64,000 nt of DNA. It comes from Bugula neritina (taxonomy: Eukaryota; Animalia; Bryozoa). The notes below the pieces were generated by a model. That model saw only the letters and a list, made by a program, of their open reading frames with translations. It did not search any database and was not told the DNA's origin. Where the stretch lies: positions 34,555,880-34,619,879 of the forward strand of contig OZ037765.1 of the NCBI GenBank assembly GCA_964035545.1, written 5' to 3'. Below are positions 1 to 14,300 of the stretch, one piece after another. A program made the translations under genes and the position numbers. Position 1 is the stretch's first letter. Every line of letters begins with the position of its first letter.

Positions 1-1006
1 TTATTAAATTTTACTAAAACACTTTAACTCAGTTTCGCTTATAGTTATTGAGTTATTCATACTGTGATTATCACTATTCGTACAAATACAAGTCATGAAG
101 TAGACTTTAACTAATAGTTAGTGTTACAGTAACTAACTAAAGTTGTGTTTTTACTAATCTTAGTTTAGATATACTTACACCAGTTTAAGTTACTAGAGTT
201 AGTCAGTTACTGTTAGAAATAAACTAGATTTAGTAGGAGTTACACTAGAACTACGAACACTAAAACTAGAAGCAAAAAAAATTGTATGTCAAAGTCTAAT
301 TACGTAATAAGTATGACTTTTACTGCAAGTCAAAGTACAGGTCCAACCAGTCTACCACTACTGCACTAGTAGTAGTAGTAGTACTAGTAGTGGTACTACT
401 ACAACGTCTGCTGCCTCTGGACCTGGCACTGGTTACTGTTTTAGCGTTTAGTACTAGTAGTAGTATTATTAGTATTACTATTACTAGTAGTAGTTATACT
501 TATACTAGTGTCTAGTAGTACTGTACTAGACCTAGTACAATAATTTATTAATTATAATATTAATTATATTATATTCGTTATAATTACTCAAATTAGCATT
601 ACAGAAAAGGAAATATGCTACCTTATATATTGACATAGACTGCCTATTTGTCAAAATAACATTGCTAATGTCAAATGAAGAAAATGCCGAAAATTTCTTC
701 GCCTTTGCAAAGGAAGCAATGGCCCAAGTATCATTTATTGTAGTTGCGGTTGTTTCACTGGTAGTAGCCATAACTTTTTACGCCGGAACTGCATAGGTAG
801 TGTTTTTGTCCTGTCGTTCGCGTACTACAATTATTCACAAATTCAGTTTTTATAGTCAAATTCACTAATGAATTTTTTTTATAAAAACGTGTTTTTATAT
901 ATAAGTTGAATGCTATAAATTTTGTTGAAAACCATATATGAAGCAAAGTAAATTGTTACTTAAAAAGAATACAACTCCTAAAACATTTATTGCTTGTTGC
1001 CTAAAA

Positions 1007-1255
1007 CAGGGCTGTCCAACAGGTGGCCCCGGATGTGCGCCCCCCCCCCTCCCGCTGACATTCATGTGACCCTCAAATGCATAATAGATAAACATGCAGC
1101 TTGCAGTACCTAATTATTGGGACTTCATTGTGTAATGACTCACAGGCATTTGGAATAAAGTTATTTTAAATTACTGATGCTGTGGCCCCCAGCCGAAGTT
1201 AAATTTTACAATGTGGCCCTCGCCATGAAATATTTCCTTTCAGTAGCCCTCGCTA
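1007..1255 (+). mobile_element. hAT-like MITE fragment
   Basis: Begins CAGGGCTGTCCAACAGGTGGCCC with repeated GTGGCCC subterminal motifs; no right TIR or TSD found. Confidence 0.4.
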
Positions 1256-1995
1256 TATGGTATAGAGTAGATATAGTATAGTGTACAGGGTAGATATAAT
1301 ATTATATATTTATAAAAACATACAATCACTTTTGATATAAAAACTGCATAAGTGGCAACTAAAAAAAATCATTAAAACCACAAACTAATAATAAACCACA
1401 ACTATATATTGATTGGCTGATCACTGAGGTTTCCCCAACAGAAGTTAAAATACTGCTACAGTCTGTCAGTGTTTAACTACAACAGCTATAATTTGATAGA
1501 TTGTACATAGCAAAGAAAAAGTTACCTATTATTACCATCATACTTTTACATATTATATAATATAAATATTCATGAAATGCTTTGTGTAACCCATCATGTC
1601 TCTATTTATAGCAGCTAATAAACTGAAAAAGCAGTAATAATAAAAGTTGCTATTGACTTCATTAATAACTTAAATGTGGAGTCTAAGCATGACTTTCCAC
1701 TCCCAGCAGATATTGATCAGGTCTTACAGTATGAAATAGCTACTGCTACCCAATATGTGATCACGTCTATCAACTGTTTACAAATAAATTGGTAAAACTA
1801 AAAAGCACGTATAAAAACTTAGCAGAATAAAAACAATGTCACGGTACATGAAAAATATATAAACTAATAAAATTAGAAATGATTGCATAAAATCAAAAGA
1901 CATATGACAAGTCTGTCTAGCAGCTGCAAGTAACTAGCTAATATGGCAGGTCTGTGTCTGCTGCATGTGAACATGTGATGTGCTGCAGACGTCAC

Positions 1996-4900
1996 TCACT
2001 GTGGGAGTTGTCTGCCATGGAACTTTGGAAAGAAGAAAAGTTTTCTGAGGTGAGTGAAAGTACATTCCTGACAATTAGGTACATTACCACCAGCTGCTTC
2101 ATCTCCTGTCTTCTTACAATATGCAATACTGACTCGTCTAACTCTGTCTTGTATCTGTAAGTATAAATGGAAGAGAAATATAAAGCTGATGACTCAACAG
2201 TCAACACACTCCACAGTATCATAAAAAGAGTAATACTGAAGTACTTACTATCCTAAACAGCTCGCTAACATCTCTGTGACAGCTGTGTCTGTAGAATGTA
2301 GCCACCAGTATTCTGATAAACCAGGTACCATAATTCTTATTCCTACCAGCCTTGTAAGCTGCAACACGTGAAAATGAGCAGTTAAATATGAATGTCAGAC
2401 TATTATGTAAATTTGTTTATATTTAAAAATTGCAATAGCTTTATTTACATGCAACAGTTTAATTTGCACCAATAAAAGTTTCAGTCAACTCAAATATAAT
2501 TTTCTTCTCACTAACTTTCTGTACTTGGCTTCACAATGTAGAAGTCATCAGCATCTAGGTGAGTGAATCTATCAAAGTGAATATTTGGAGACACATGTTG
2601 ACCTGCAGAAGACTCACTCCCAGCTGTCGCAGAAGATGAGGGTAGAGGGGTTGGTGTTGGTGGTGAAACGGTGTCTGGGCTTTGTGACTGTGCAGCATTA
2701 CCAAAGTCAGTTCTGCCTGTGTTGAAATACATACAATGTAGACTCTGTGGTATGATGGTGAGTAATAAGTTGGGACTGGACTCACAGGCAGAACTCTATT
2801 ACACAGCACTGGTTATTGGATTCCAGTTATGAGGTGTAGCTCACTTCCACATAGGCATACTCCAATAACATCAGGCATCTTGAAAATAATGATTCATCAA
2901 ATAAATTAATGTTATAGTTATAGGAAATTATGCAATCTAACTGCTAGTTCTAGTAACATGAGGAACAACTCTGCATTACTCACTGCCAGAACAAGCATGG
3001 AAGATGATGAGTTTGGGTTTTCCTCTCATGGCAAGAAAGTTACTAGCTGCGAGTAAATCTTTGACTTCTGACAAGTTGACAGGTTTACAGTATTTGTCAT
3101 AGAAGATGTTTCCAGAAGTTCCGTGTGACATGATGACTAGAATGAACATGCCAAGATCCTTGTGGTCTTTGTGGGTGGTCTCCTTCCTCACTTCTGATAA
3201 TATCTCCTGGCAAAATAAAAGTATATATTGGTGTGTAAAATCAAGTTTGGATAAGTAAATGTGTCTACGCACGAGCCAAAGCTGCTTCAAAATTACGTTA
3301 TAACATTTATAACAAAGATGACCCATTAAGCAGTGCTGCTGTTTCTAAACTAAAACTCGGAACTGAGAAAAACTAATAATTTGAATACAAGTTAACAACA
3401 TATTATTGTAGATTTGTTGGAATACAATGCCTCGGTTCTGCAGTAAAAATACTTGCTATATATTGTTGTGAAATTATGCTTCACTGCAATCAATGGGTCT
3501 ATTGAATGAAACCCACTTCGCCAGGTTTACTAATTGCTAAGAGTTTATTAACTTCAAATTACACCATAAAAGAATAACACCAACTAACACAAAACAATTA
3601 CATAATTGAGAGCTCACTACACACAACTGTACACTAACAAGTCCAAATCTTCTCTGCCGGCTACGCTGCCTAACTAGCTCCCACTACAGTTAGCAGCTAC
3701 GCCTACTAATTAGCCTGTCAGCCCTCCTTGATTGGCCAAGACGATCAGGCCATCCTAGCAGCCTGACACCAGCTGCTTCACTCAACTGTCGGCGAGAAGT
3801 ATCCTTTCGATACAAATACAAAATACTAATAATCTACTAATAATACAATTATTAATACTATTAACACACTATGAAAAACCCTTACACTCTCCCTTCCTAT
3901 CAAAAGGTACTACTCAAAAAAAACAAATAAAAGAAATATAAAATAATACAAGGGTAACACAATCAGAATAAATGTCACGTAAACTTTAAAACATTGAGAG
4001 CAATTAACAGCTCGCCAGCAGGGTTTGATGTGTCTCTTCACCAGATCATGTAGGGGAGCACGAATATAGGAAAAAAGGTTGTACGTTCACACATCTGGTC
4101 CTGTAGTCCTGGATGCAACCACATGACGGGGGGGGGGTTTAGGAACACGCTCACCTAGTCAGAGCCAAGCACGCATCTCGCCGACGCCGGTGGTCCAGAA
4201 GAATCAAGCATGACAAAGAAAAATTCCCCTAAGGAAAGGGGGGGGATCGTCACCATTTCCTTCCTCATAGGGTAGTGTCGAGCGCCAGCAGTCCATGCTG
4301 ATTAGTCGGTCGAAATACCGAAGGGGGGATATAGAGTTCGTCCTCAGGCTATTTTTCTTTCTTCTATTATCATGATTGTTATTATTATAGTCCATCTTCG
4401 TATCGAGATGTAGTTACTTTCATGCAGTATTTTATATTACTATTAAATTGCGGTTATGTTTATTACTGTCATTACGATTACGATTCGCCTCCTTCAGCAC
4501 CAATGTAAGGTGATCGAGCCACGGGCGAGAAAAGGGAAGAACTCCTTTTGTCTTTTGTTGGTTGCTACTGCTCATCACGGGGGTCGTAGGGCACCATCCG
4601 CCACGACAGTCACCAAGTCTGCTGTGCAGTCAAGCCAAGCAGTCAAGTCAAGCCAAGCAGTCATAATGTGAGTCAGCACCATGAGCACACGAATGCCAAG
4701 AGTCAGTGAACATGCAGATGAGAATGATGGGTGACTGCGTGACGGTGGTGCAAAGAGAAAGAAATGCCGCTCCGCTAATAAAGTCTCACCTGCAACAGAA
4801 TGCCAGAAACTGTTGAAGGGGTTTTTACCTGGTCAGTACGACACCTCGACTGAGTCTCGCAATCTAGTAACCCACTGATTCTTAACAAACCACGCGGGCG

Positions 4901-7900
4901 ACTGCCTCACTCAAAGTCGTCAGTGAAATTACCTGACTTAGAAAACCAGCCTTATTGTTATGATAAAGCGAGACTGATTTTAAGCTACCAGTTTGAAATC
5001 CATTTAAATAATAGAATTATACTAGTAGACTTACCATAGGACAGCCACGACGTTAGTCTACTGCCCACTTAGGCCTCATAGTTTGCCAGCTTGCCAAGTG
5101 CGTGCTCGCACGTTGGCAGTTGAAATAGAAAAGAACGCTCTTTGCAGTGAAAGTGATTACAACACACCCCCTTTCACTAGCGAGCTGGCTTCGCTCTTTT
5201 CTATACCCCGGTGGTGTTATTATGGTATATATTTACACCACTGGGTAAGCAACTCACAGTTGTGTTTCCTTGTACTTAGGAAATGCAACTCTCAGTTGCT
5301 TATCTCCCCAGATTTTTTTTTTATGATAGCTGATGGATGTTTTTCCACTGCATCACACAAGAAATCTTTCAAATAAGATGGTGGCGCCCTAGTGCGTTGC
5401 CTACGCTCAAACTGCTCTGGGGAATTTGCTGCTGCTGGTGACTCTTCCACCACGGGTGGTGTCACCAGTACGGGGGGGGGTCCACCAGTACGGGTGGTCC
5501 CTTCTCAGCTGCCTCTTCCTCATGAATTTGAGGAAATTCCATCTCATCCGGGACGACAGGGGTGTCGGCCCGCTCCACTGGTGGTGGGGCCAGCTGGGAC
5601 CGGTCTTCCGGTGTGTCGGCCTCCTCCTCCTGGGGTGGAGGTGGCCGGGGCAAGTCGGGCGGCGCGTCGGCCGCCCTCTCCTGACCTGGCAGTATCTCCT
5701 CTATCTCTCTGTATGCCATGCCTCGCCCCCTCATAGGAGGGCGTCTAGCAGGCTCTAAGAGAGGAGGTGCTTGACCTGCTGCATCAGGGTTTGTCCAGTA
5801 AGGTTTCAGATGTGCTTCTTTCTGGACCGACACTTTTCCAGACCGATCCACTTTGTAGGTGTGATTGGGCATCACCTCAATCATGCAATAAGGACCCACG
5901 AACTTCGGCTGCAACTTAGCCACCTGTCCACGCTGCCGGCGATGACTGGTCATCCAGACCCAGTCCCCCACCTTGTACAAAGGGGGAGTCATCAGGATCA
6001 CCACTCCTGACCTGCCACTGCTGCTCACGTAGCACCTCGTGAGCTGTCCTCATGCGTTTTACGAGCTCATCCACATAATCATGGACGCTGCTCTCTGGAG
6101 CCGGAACGTGGTAAGTTACGTGCTCAGGAACCCTTGTTTCTCTCCCCAGCATGAGAAAGTTAGGGGTCTTCAGTGTACTGGAGTGAGGTGTACTACGGTA
6201 TGCTCGCATGATTTGCGGCAGTACCAAGTCCCACTCTTCCTGGCTTTTACTGATAAGCAGGCTTCTCAATGAGTCCACTAGCGTTCGGTTGTTCCTCTCC
6301 ACAACCCCATTCTCTTGCGGGTGATACGGGGTCGTCCGACTCTGGTTTACCCCCCACGTTTCACAGAGATCGCTCATAAGTTGCGACTGAAACTGGGCGC
6401 CTTGATCAGAGTGTATTTGTTCCAGCAAGCCGAAATAACAGAACACCTGCTGATCCAAGGCTCTGGGCACCGTGACGGCCGACGTATCTGGAATAGCCAG
6501 TGCATCAGCCCACTGCGTGAAATGGTCAGTTAACACCAGTATCCAATTATTACCTCTCACTGTCGTGGGCATGGGTCCTACCAGATCTACAGCGACTACT
6601 TGCCACGAACGACCGGCATGGAGGCGGCGCCTCCTTGCGGTCTCAGTGGAGCGACCATGCTTGCTAGCTTGGCATATCTCACACTTCCGCACCCGGAGTC
6701 GGACATCCCGGGTCATACCGGGCCAAATCACTGGAGTTGAAGACACCTGGTCACCCGCCCAGCCCCTGCATGAGCTTGCTTATGGGTGTCCCAGATCAAC
6801 TCCTGCCTCAGAGCGGACGGACAGACTACCCTTTCTCGTTCCTGGCGATTGGTGCCCGCTGCTAGCGTTATCACTAACAGCCCATCGCCATTAAACCAGA
6901 GGGAGTCCCAGCGGTCGCAGAAATACTTAAACTCCGCACACCTGACCCGCTGTTCGGCCTCACTAGGCCGACGTCCCTCCTTCTTGGCCCAGACTAGATC
7001 AGCTACTACCCTTGGTAGCGTAACTTGGAGCCGACACAGCTCCCTGACGTTCTTGAGCAGCGTGGGGTTTGCATGAAGGTTGTTAACAGCTTAACTAAGG
7101 GTTTCGGACCAAAGTTTTCCTTTATCCCAGCTGTATATACCTGCTTTTCCCGCCTGTTCTTCAACGTCCGAGCGAGGAGGTCCGCCATCCCTACGCTCGA
7201 TATGTTGGCATTGCTTACACCTATCTGCCTGGCGGCGGCTCAGTCCGTCGGCATTACCGTGTTTCTTACCGGGTCGGTGCTCGATCCGATAAAAAAACTC
7301 TGCCAGGATTTCAAGCGAGCGCGCTACTTGGCTAAATGGTTCAGCCCGTCGACACAGCCATATCAAAGACGCATGGTCCGTTCTTAGCCTGAACGTGCGT
7401 CCGTACAGGTATAGTCTAAAGTGTTTAACCGCCTTGACTACTGCCAGGAGTTCTCTCCTGGTGGTGCAGTAGTTCTTTTCAGGCGCCAACAGGGCCTTAC
7501 TATAGTAAGCTACCACCACCTTGCGACCATCTTGGACCTGAGACAGCACAGCCCCCACATTGTGGTTACTGGCATCAGTACCCAAAATGTACTCCTTCGC
7601 CGGATCAGGATACGCCAGGATGGGCGCCTCTACCAAGCGATCCTTGGGGTGGTCAAATGCCTGCGGTTCTGTCTGCGTCCACTGCCATTGCACCCTCTTT
7701 GCTGTCAGCCGGTTTAGTGGCTGTGCAACTTCTGCGAAGTTCGGTATGTACTGGCGATAGTACCCTACCAGTCCCAGGAATGCCCGCAATTCAGGGAGGT
7801 CGACAGGGACAGCTCAGTCCCTCACAGCCCATACCTTCTCGGGGTCGGTGGGGACCCCAGCTCGACCAACTACATGGCCCAGGTATTTAACTTCTTGCTG

Positions 7901-10900
7901 CAACAACGTGCACTTAGAGGGCTTGAGCTTCAGACCAGCAGCTCGAAGTCTGTCAAACACCTCTCTGAGCCGACTGACATGTGTATCGAAGTCGGGGCAG
8001 ATGACAATGACATAATCGAGATAGATGAGCAAGGTCTTCCAGTGCAGCCCACTCAGGACCTGCTCCATGAGCCGCTGGAAGGTGGCCGGTGCAGACGTAA
8101 GTCCGAACGGCAGTACCTTCCATTTCCAGAGCCCATCCCGCGTAATAAACGCGGCCTTGTCCTGTGCATCAGGACTCAGGGGCACCTGCCAATACCCGCT
8201 TAACAAGTCCAACGTGCTGAAGAACTTGCTACCAGCTAAAGCATCTAGCGACTCATCAATCCTAGGAAGAGGGTAACCATCCTGGATGGTCACGCTGTTC
8301 AGTTTGCGATAATCCACGCAAAACCGCCAGCTCCTATCCTTTTTCCGAACCAGAACAACTGGCAACCTCCAAGCACCATCGGCTGGCTCAATCAGATCCC
8401 GGCTCAGAAGGTCTTGCACCTGTCTGCTCACTTCCTTTTCCTTCTCAGGACGTAACCGGCGAGTCGACTGCCTGGTAGGCACCGTCCCAGCCGCCAGGGG
8501 TATCTCATGACAGACAGCCTTAGCCAGGCCCATGTCGTGATCGCCACAACTGAACAAATCCTTGTACTCAGAGAGGAGCTGCACCTCTACTAGGCATTCC
8601 CGCTTGCTCTCACAGCCATCACAAGCATCCCCATACAATTCCACCAAGTGTTCAGGCACCGGCCCCCTGCCGTCCCTAATGGATACCCGTCGAGCCTCGT
8701 CCGCTGTTTCTAGGGCCGGACCAACATCCTCTTTCTGTATGGAGTGGAATTTTCCCACTAGCGACTCAGCCGGCAATTCTACTGACTCCGTGAAAGGGTT
8801 TATGCACTGTACCAGGAACTCCCCCCGCTCATCCAGCCTATTCAGACTGTTAGCGAGCTGGACGCCCCCCAGTGCTTCCTCCACCACTCCTAAATCGGAG
8901 ATTTCCCTACTGTTCACTTTGCAGCGTACTGTAGCCCGAAAGCGCCCAGGTACAGTACAACTCTGTACCACCTGCACTCCCCCCACCAAGGGTTGGCCAA
9001 ATCGGTCGACACAGGCCAGCTCACGTCCGGCCATCACCACCGCCGACTTGCTAAAGTCGATGTAGCACCTGTGTCACTTCAGAAATGGCATGCCCAAGAT
9101 GGCGTCCTCCTTGAGTTGACTGACGATAAAGGTCTCGCTGATCGTCTGATCACGGACTCGACCAGTCAACTCTATCACGCCATAAAAAGGAATACATGAC
9201 CCGTCCGCCAACGTGCCATGCTCCCCATCATATGGCTTCAGGCTAGCCTGGTCCCCAGCATTGAGTGTGTCAAACAGACGCCGGCTCAGAAGGTTTGTGG
9301 TACACCCAGTATCCAATAGGAATGTGGCAGCTTTTCCGGGGAGGAAATAGCTGCTTCCATATGGCTGGGCGCTCATTGAGCAATTTGTCTGTGGAGGTGA
9401 CACCTCGGGTGCATGGGCTTGGGAATGCACCTGCGCTTTCCGGTTGCGAGGGGGTCGTCGACGTTGCGTGGGCAAGCGGGTTACATCTCGGTCTTTCTCA
9501 CACACGGGCGGCCGAGTGAATGCTCGGTCCTGCGCTCGTGTGGGCAACCGAGGGTAATCCTTGTCTTGCTCCCACTCGTCGTACACTCCATCATCAGGCA
9601 AACCTTCAAAGTGGTTTTTGAGTGCTCAAGCCGGAGGTTTTGGCAGGCCTTGGAGCCTACTAACTCTCCTTGGGGCTTGCCACTTCAGTGAAGGCGGCCT
9701 CCTCACCCGATTGGGTTTGGGCCTTGGCCTTCGCCTCGGAGGGTTAAACCGAGGCCCACAGTTGGCGGAGTCTACCGTGGGCCGCTCCTTTAACTGCCTC
9801 CCTCTACCGTGGGGGCAGCTTTGCATGAAGTGCCCACCACTACCACAACCCCAACATACGGGGCCGCCTCCTGTCGACAGCTGCCGACAACCTGGAGGGT
9901 TGCTCGACTGTCGTTTGTTGGCGTAGTTGCCTGATCTCAGCCAACAGCTCTTGAATCAAGCTTGTGGTTAAGCTAGTCGGCTGCCGCCGTGGCGACATGT
10001 ACAGCTGTCTTGGCCGACCTCGTCGACGTCGACGCGTCGTCGTTGTCGGCCTCGACTTGCTGCAATGTTGCCCCAGGCCGGCACGTACTGTTGGCTTGGA
10101 AATAAGCATTCCCAAGCCTGAGAGCTCGCTCCATAGTCTCAACCTCAGCCACCAGCAGTTGTTGCTTCAGCCCTAGGTTGTTATTAGACTGGAGGAAAGC
10201 ATTTAGCGCCAGACTCTGCCAACCATTCGCAGGCAAATTGCCATAGGCGATTTGTGCTAGCCGCTCAACTACGGTGGCGTGCTCTCTCAAGGTAGTCTTA
10301 GGATTTCTCCTAAGTCCTTCGAGCTGCACCCGAGCATCCCGAGCAGTAAGCCCAAATCGAGCTCTTAACGCCTCAAAGATCTCGCCGATGTCCGGGCCAA
10401 TCCCATAGGGTTTGGCCGGCCCGTCAGACACAACCGTAGCTGAATCAGAGTAACCCTGGCAGGCCATTGACAGATGGCCGCCACATCACTGAACTCAGTG
10501 ATAAATTGCTCCACATCTTCTTCTCCAGAGAAGATGGGAGCGTGCAAGTGGTACCTGTCCATAGGCAGCGCTGGGCCGCCTATGCCGTCCTCCTCCATAG
10601 CTACTGGTTGTTGACGAGGTAGATCCTTTTCGTCAGCCATCTTTCACTCCCTGGCTAGGAGCATTTACAATAATTAAATCCCACCGCTGCCACCACTGTT
10701 GTGAAATTATGCTTCACTGCAATCAATGGGTCTATTGAATGAAACCCACTTCGCCAGGTTTACTAATTGCTAAGAGTTTATTTGCTTCAAATTACACGCA
10801 AAAAAGAATAACACCAACTAATACAAAACGATTACATAATTGAGAGCTCGCTACACACAACTGTACAGTAACAAGTCCAAGTCCTCTCTGCCGACTACGC

Positions 10901-11388
10901 TGCCTAACTGGCTTCCACTACAGTTAGCAGCTACGCCTACTAATTAGCCTGTCAGCCCTCCTTGATTGGCCAAGATGACCAGGCCATCCTAGCAGCCTGA
11001 CACCAGCTGCTTCACTCAACTGTCAGCGAGAAGTGTCTATTCCATACAAATACAAAATACTAATAATCTACTAATAATACAATTATTAATACAATTAACA
11101 CACTATGAAAAACCCTTACAATATCACAGCTAGTTACAGCCTGGGGAGAATCAACTACAGGAAAGGATAAGAAATTGATACAGTAACCTGTTTACTCAGG
11201 TCAAACAGAGGATCATCTTCATGGGCTACAACAAATCCCATGTCTTTCAACAAAGTTTTGATGTTAACATAGTCGATGTATGAACCATCTCGGGTTGCCT
11301 TAGTCAGTTCACTGCCATCATCTCTAAAGAATCTCTCATTGTTTATGATCATGACACGACCTCTAACAGGGTCAGTCATCGCATAAAC
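1996..11388 (-). CDS. Copy A caspase (peptidase C14A) exons: 11388-11188, 3206-2984, 2716-2516, 2358-2249, 2154-1996
   Basis: p20: YAMTDPVRGRVMIINN, RDGSYID, VIMSHG, GKPKLIIFHACSG. p10: DADDFYIVKPST, GRNKNYGTWFIRIL, LRKLFFFP. Confidence 0.95.
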
Positions 11389-14300
11389 CTGTAAACCAAT
11401 CAATTTTATCTCACTAAAAGTAGACAACTGAAAATGGATGAATGAAATCAAATATGAAATGTAATAGAAACTAAATGGAGAGCCATAAAAGCAAAAAATA
11501 TTAATAAATGATTTAAAAGAAATAAAAAAACTTGTTTTACCTTTCGGTGGTTGTCAAACAGGTGTTTCACTGGTTCATTGTTGGTAGGTTTCAGCTGCAT
11601 ACCCTCAACCTGACATATAAAAGGTTCAAGGTCATCTTTAGTAAAATCAGCATATCCTTCCTCTTCAACATCAGAGCATTCACTGATGTTGTCGTTTTCA
11701 ACAAGGACTGAGGTAGTTTGAGTTAACAAATTCTTTTCTCCACCCATCTCTAAAATAAAACAAAAGGTGATATATTCAGTGCTAAGTAACAGATACTAAG
11801 TATCATAATAACTATAAACAATGAACAGAATCAATACTTGAGTGTTTTTCTGTCAATAATTATACAAATGAATTGGAACAATTGAAGGTGTGTGAGCTTC
11901 GGCAGAGAGCCCACAGTTGGTTTAAGGTCATACTTTTCATTTTCTGGCTCTTTGCCAGGTGCTTTATGTTCTATATGAACAATGTTCCACTGATAGCTCG
12001 AACAGGTTGAATGTCACAGGAACAAAAAAAATATGAAAAGATAAAGAAACTTATGTTCTCCAATATACTTTTTTATTTTTTTCAAAAGCCAATTCATGTT
12101 TAAGTTATAGCTTGTTGAAAAACATAGTCCCCCTTCCACATTCTTTTCAATTTATACGCTCCTGACTTGTTATTGTGTCTCAATATGCCTTGTATTTGAG
12201 TGCTTGTTAGTCTCGCTTCACTAACTTTGCCTATACTTCACAAGTGCCAGTGCTGCTGGCTCAAAAGCTAAATGTTATAAACTGTCAGCTAAAACCCAAT
12301 CTTGTATTCCTAGGTTGGTTGGCCTAAATAAAACAATAGTCAAATCATGATTTCATGTTTTAAAAATTTACTCTATTCTAACCTGCTGCCTAGCTAGTTC
12401 TATTTTTGATGTATAATTACAAAATTTGTGATACATTTTTTTGGCAACCATGTGATTTATAAAATGCAGTAATGGTACTTATAATATTATATTATTATCA
12501 TTATAATATATTATATAGTATTATGTGTGTTTTTATTATACTGCATAATATCTATTTTATTATTGTTGTTGTGCAAACAAGTGCAATTAACCTAGTTTTC
12601 AAAATGTACCTCTAAATTATCAGAATATCAGTTTAGATATTTTCATGCTTTGTAAGGTAAACCTAAAAAAAGAGGCTGTATTCCCAAAGTAAAGGGTGTT
12701 GAACTATGAACTATATTAGATTAGCCACTCTGCTACCAAGTGCATTAGTATAATATTATATGAATAGCTCTAATGCTTTGTCTCCGGTGGCTGGCTGCGA
12801 TATGATAACTTGGCCAACTTCCAAGAGTTTAAAATTGGCGCAATTATTCAAGAGGTTACATACTGCACAGAGCTAGCAGTGATAGTAACCTTGCTATTGG
12901 CAGTACTTATTACAACTGCCAGCATATAAGCTGCATTGTAGAATGCCGTTGGGGTAGGCTAGTAAAACCAAATTCTGCTCTCTAATATACCTTAGACACA
13001 ATGCAGCAACATAATTGTTCATTTCAAATTACATTGCCACCCTTACATGAGCTGTGGGCTTCATAAAGATTCATATGATTAGAGATTTATGCTATAGGCT
13101 AGCTATGATGAAAATAACACACCATTGTCAAAGTTAACTTCAAGTATGTTGTTTTCCAGAAACTCAGTAATGTCCATTTATCTCTCGCATACAAATACTT
13201 ATGTAATAGCATACAGTTTAAGTTTTATTTTAGAGCACATCTGCAAACTCTACAATAAGAGCTTGCTTTACCAGTCTATTTCAGACCTGTTTTTGTAGCT
13301 AGTAATACGCAAGCTACTTATTTTTAAACTTTTGGGTTATTTGTTCAAAACCATTAGCTTTGCTAGTAACCCGAGACTATTGCAACAGTTGACTGCTATC
13401 AACATGAATTGACAGCCTAATAATTATAACCCATTTGCGCGCGAAATATTTATGTAATGATAGTCACTCATATAGTGCGCGTCTTTTTAACGATGACTGC
13501 GTGGTCCAGAGGTTAGAGGCGTCAGCGACGAGTTGGTTGGTCAAGGTTCAACCCTGGTTGTTGCAATTTTTTTTGTCAACTTATGCAAATCCTACGCATG
13601 TATAATAAATATGGCTATAATTGTAAAGTTTTTTTTTTAACTTTTGTTCAACAGTAAGACAACATACATGCATAATAATTAGATACTGAACACTGGACTA
13701 AACCTTAAATTGATCTTATAGAATACAATGTACTTAAAATAATCATATGTGAATTAGAGAAACTGAAAGTATACACCTGCTGCGCTATAGACAGACCTTT
13801 ACTGACAAGACTGCAAAGTGAAGTGATTTAGCTGAAATTAACTCTGCCAAACAAACAAAGAATTATGTTGTGCTGAGGCATTTTCAATATATTATTGTAA
13901 CATAGTGAGATGATTCAGCTAAGTGCTAATGTAAAACAGGGAACATTATGTTGGCAGAAATCCAATAGATTGCCAATTTGTGCGAGAGGGTACTATATGT
14001 TATTGTGATAGCGCAGAGCGGCAAACGTACTAGGAATGTTATAATTAGTCACAGGAGCGTAGCTAGAACCACCATATGATGAATTTAGAAAATTGCAGTG
14101 AAACTTGCAAAATGGTGTATGTTTTTACCAAATTGTGAAGAGCATAGACAGAATTTCAAAAAACAAAGAAAGTATATTAGAGAAAACATATCAAGGAATG
14201 TCAAGTTTAACTTTTAGACTTTATAAAATGAATCCCCTGTGCTACAGCAGTGGAACATGGAGGGTGTAAAATTTTACTTATTATGCAACAACTTTCTCAG

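Noticed and set aside
3900-5400. An ORF3 equivalent in Gypsy element 1
   Set aside because: The post-pol region is long enough, but I could not find the zinc-finger or coiled-coil motifs in any frame.
13429-13990. Possible piggyBac-like MITE (CCCATTTGCGCGCGAAA ... TTTGTGCGAGAGGG)
   Set aside because: TIR match is poor and there is no TTAA TSD on either side.
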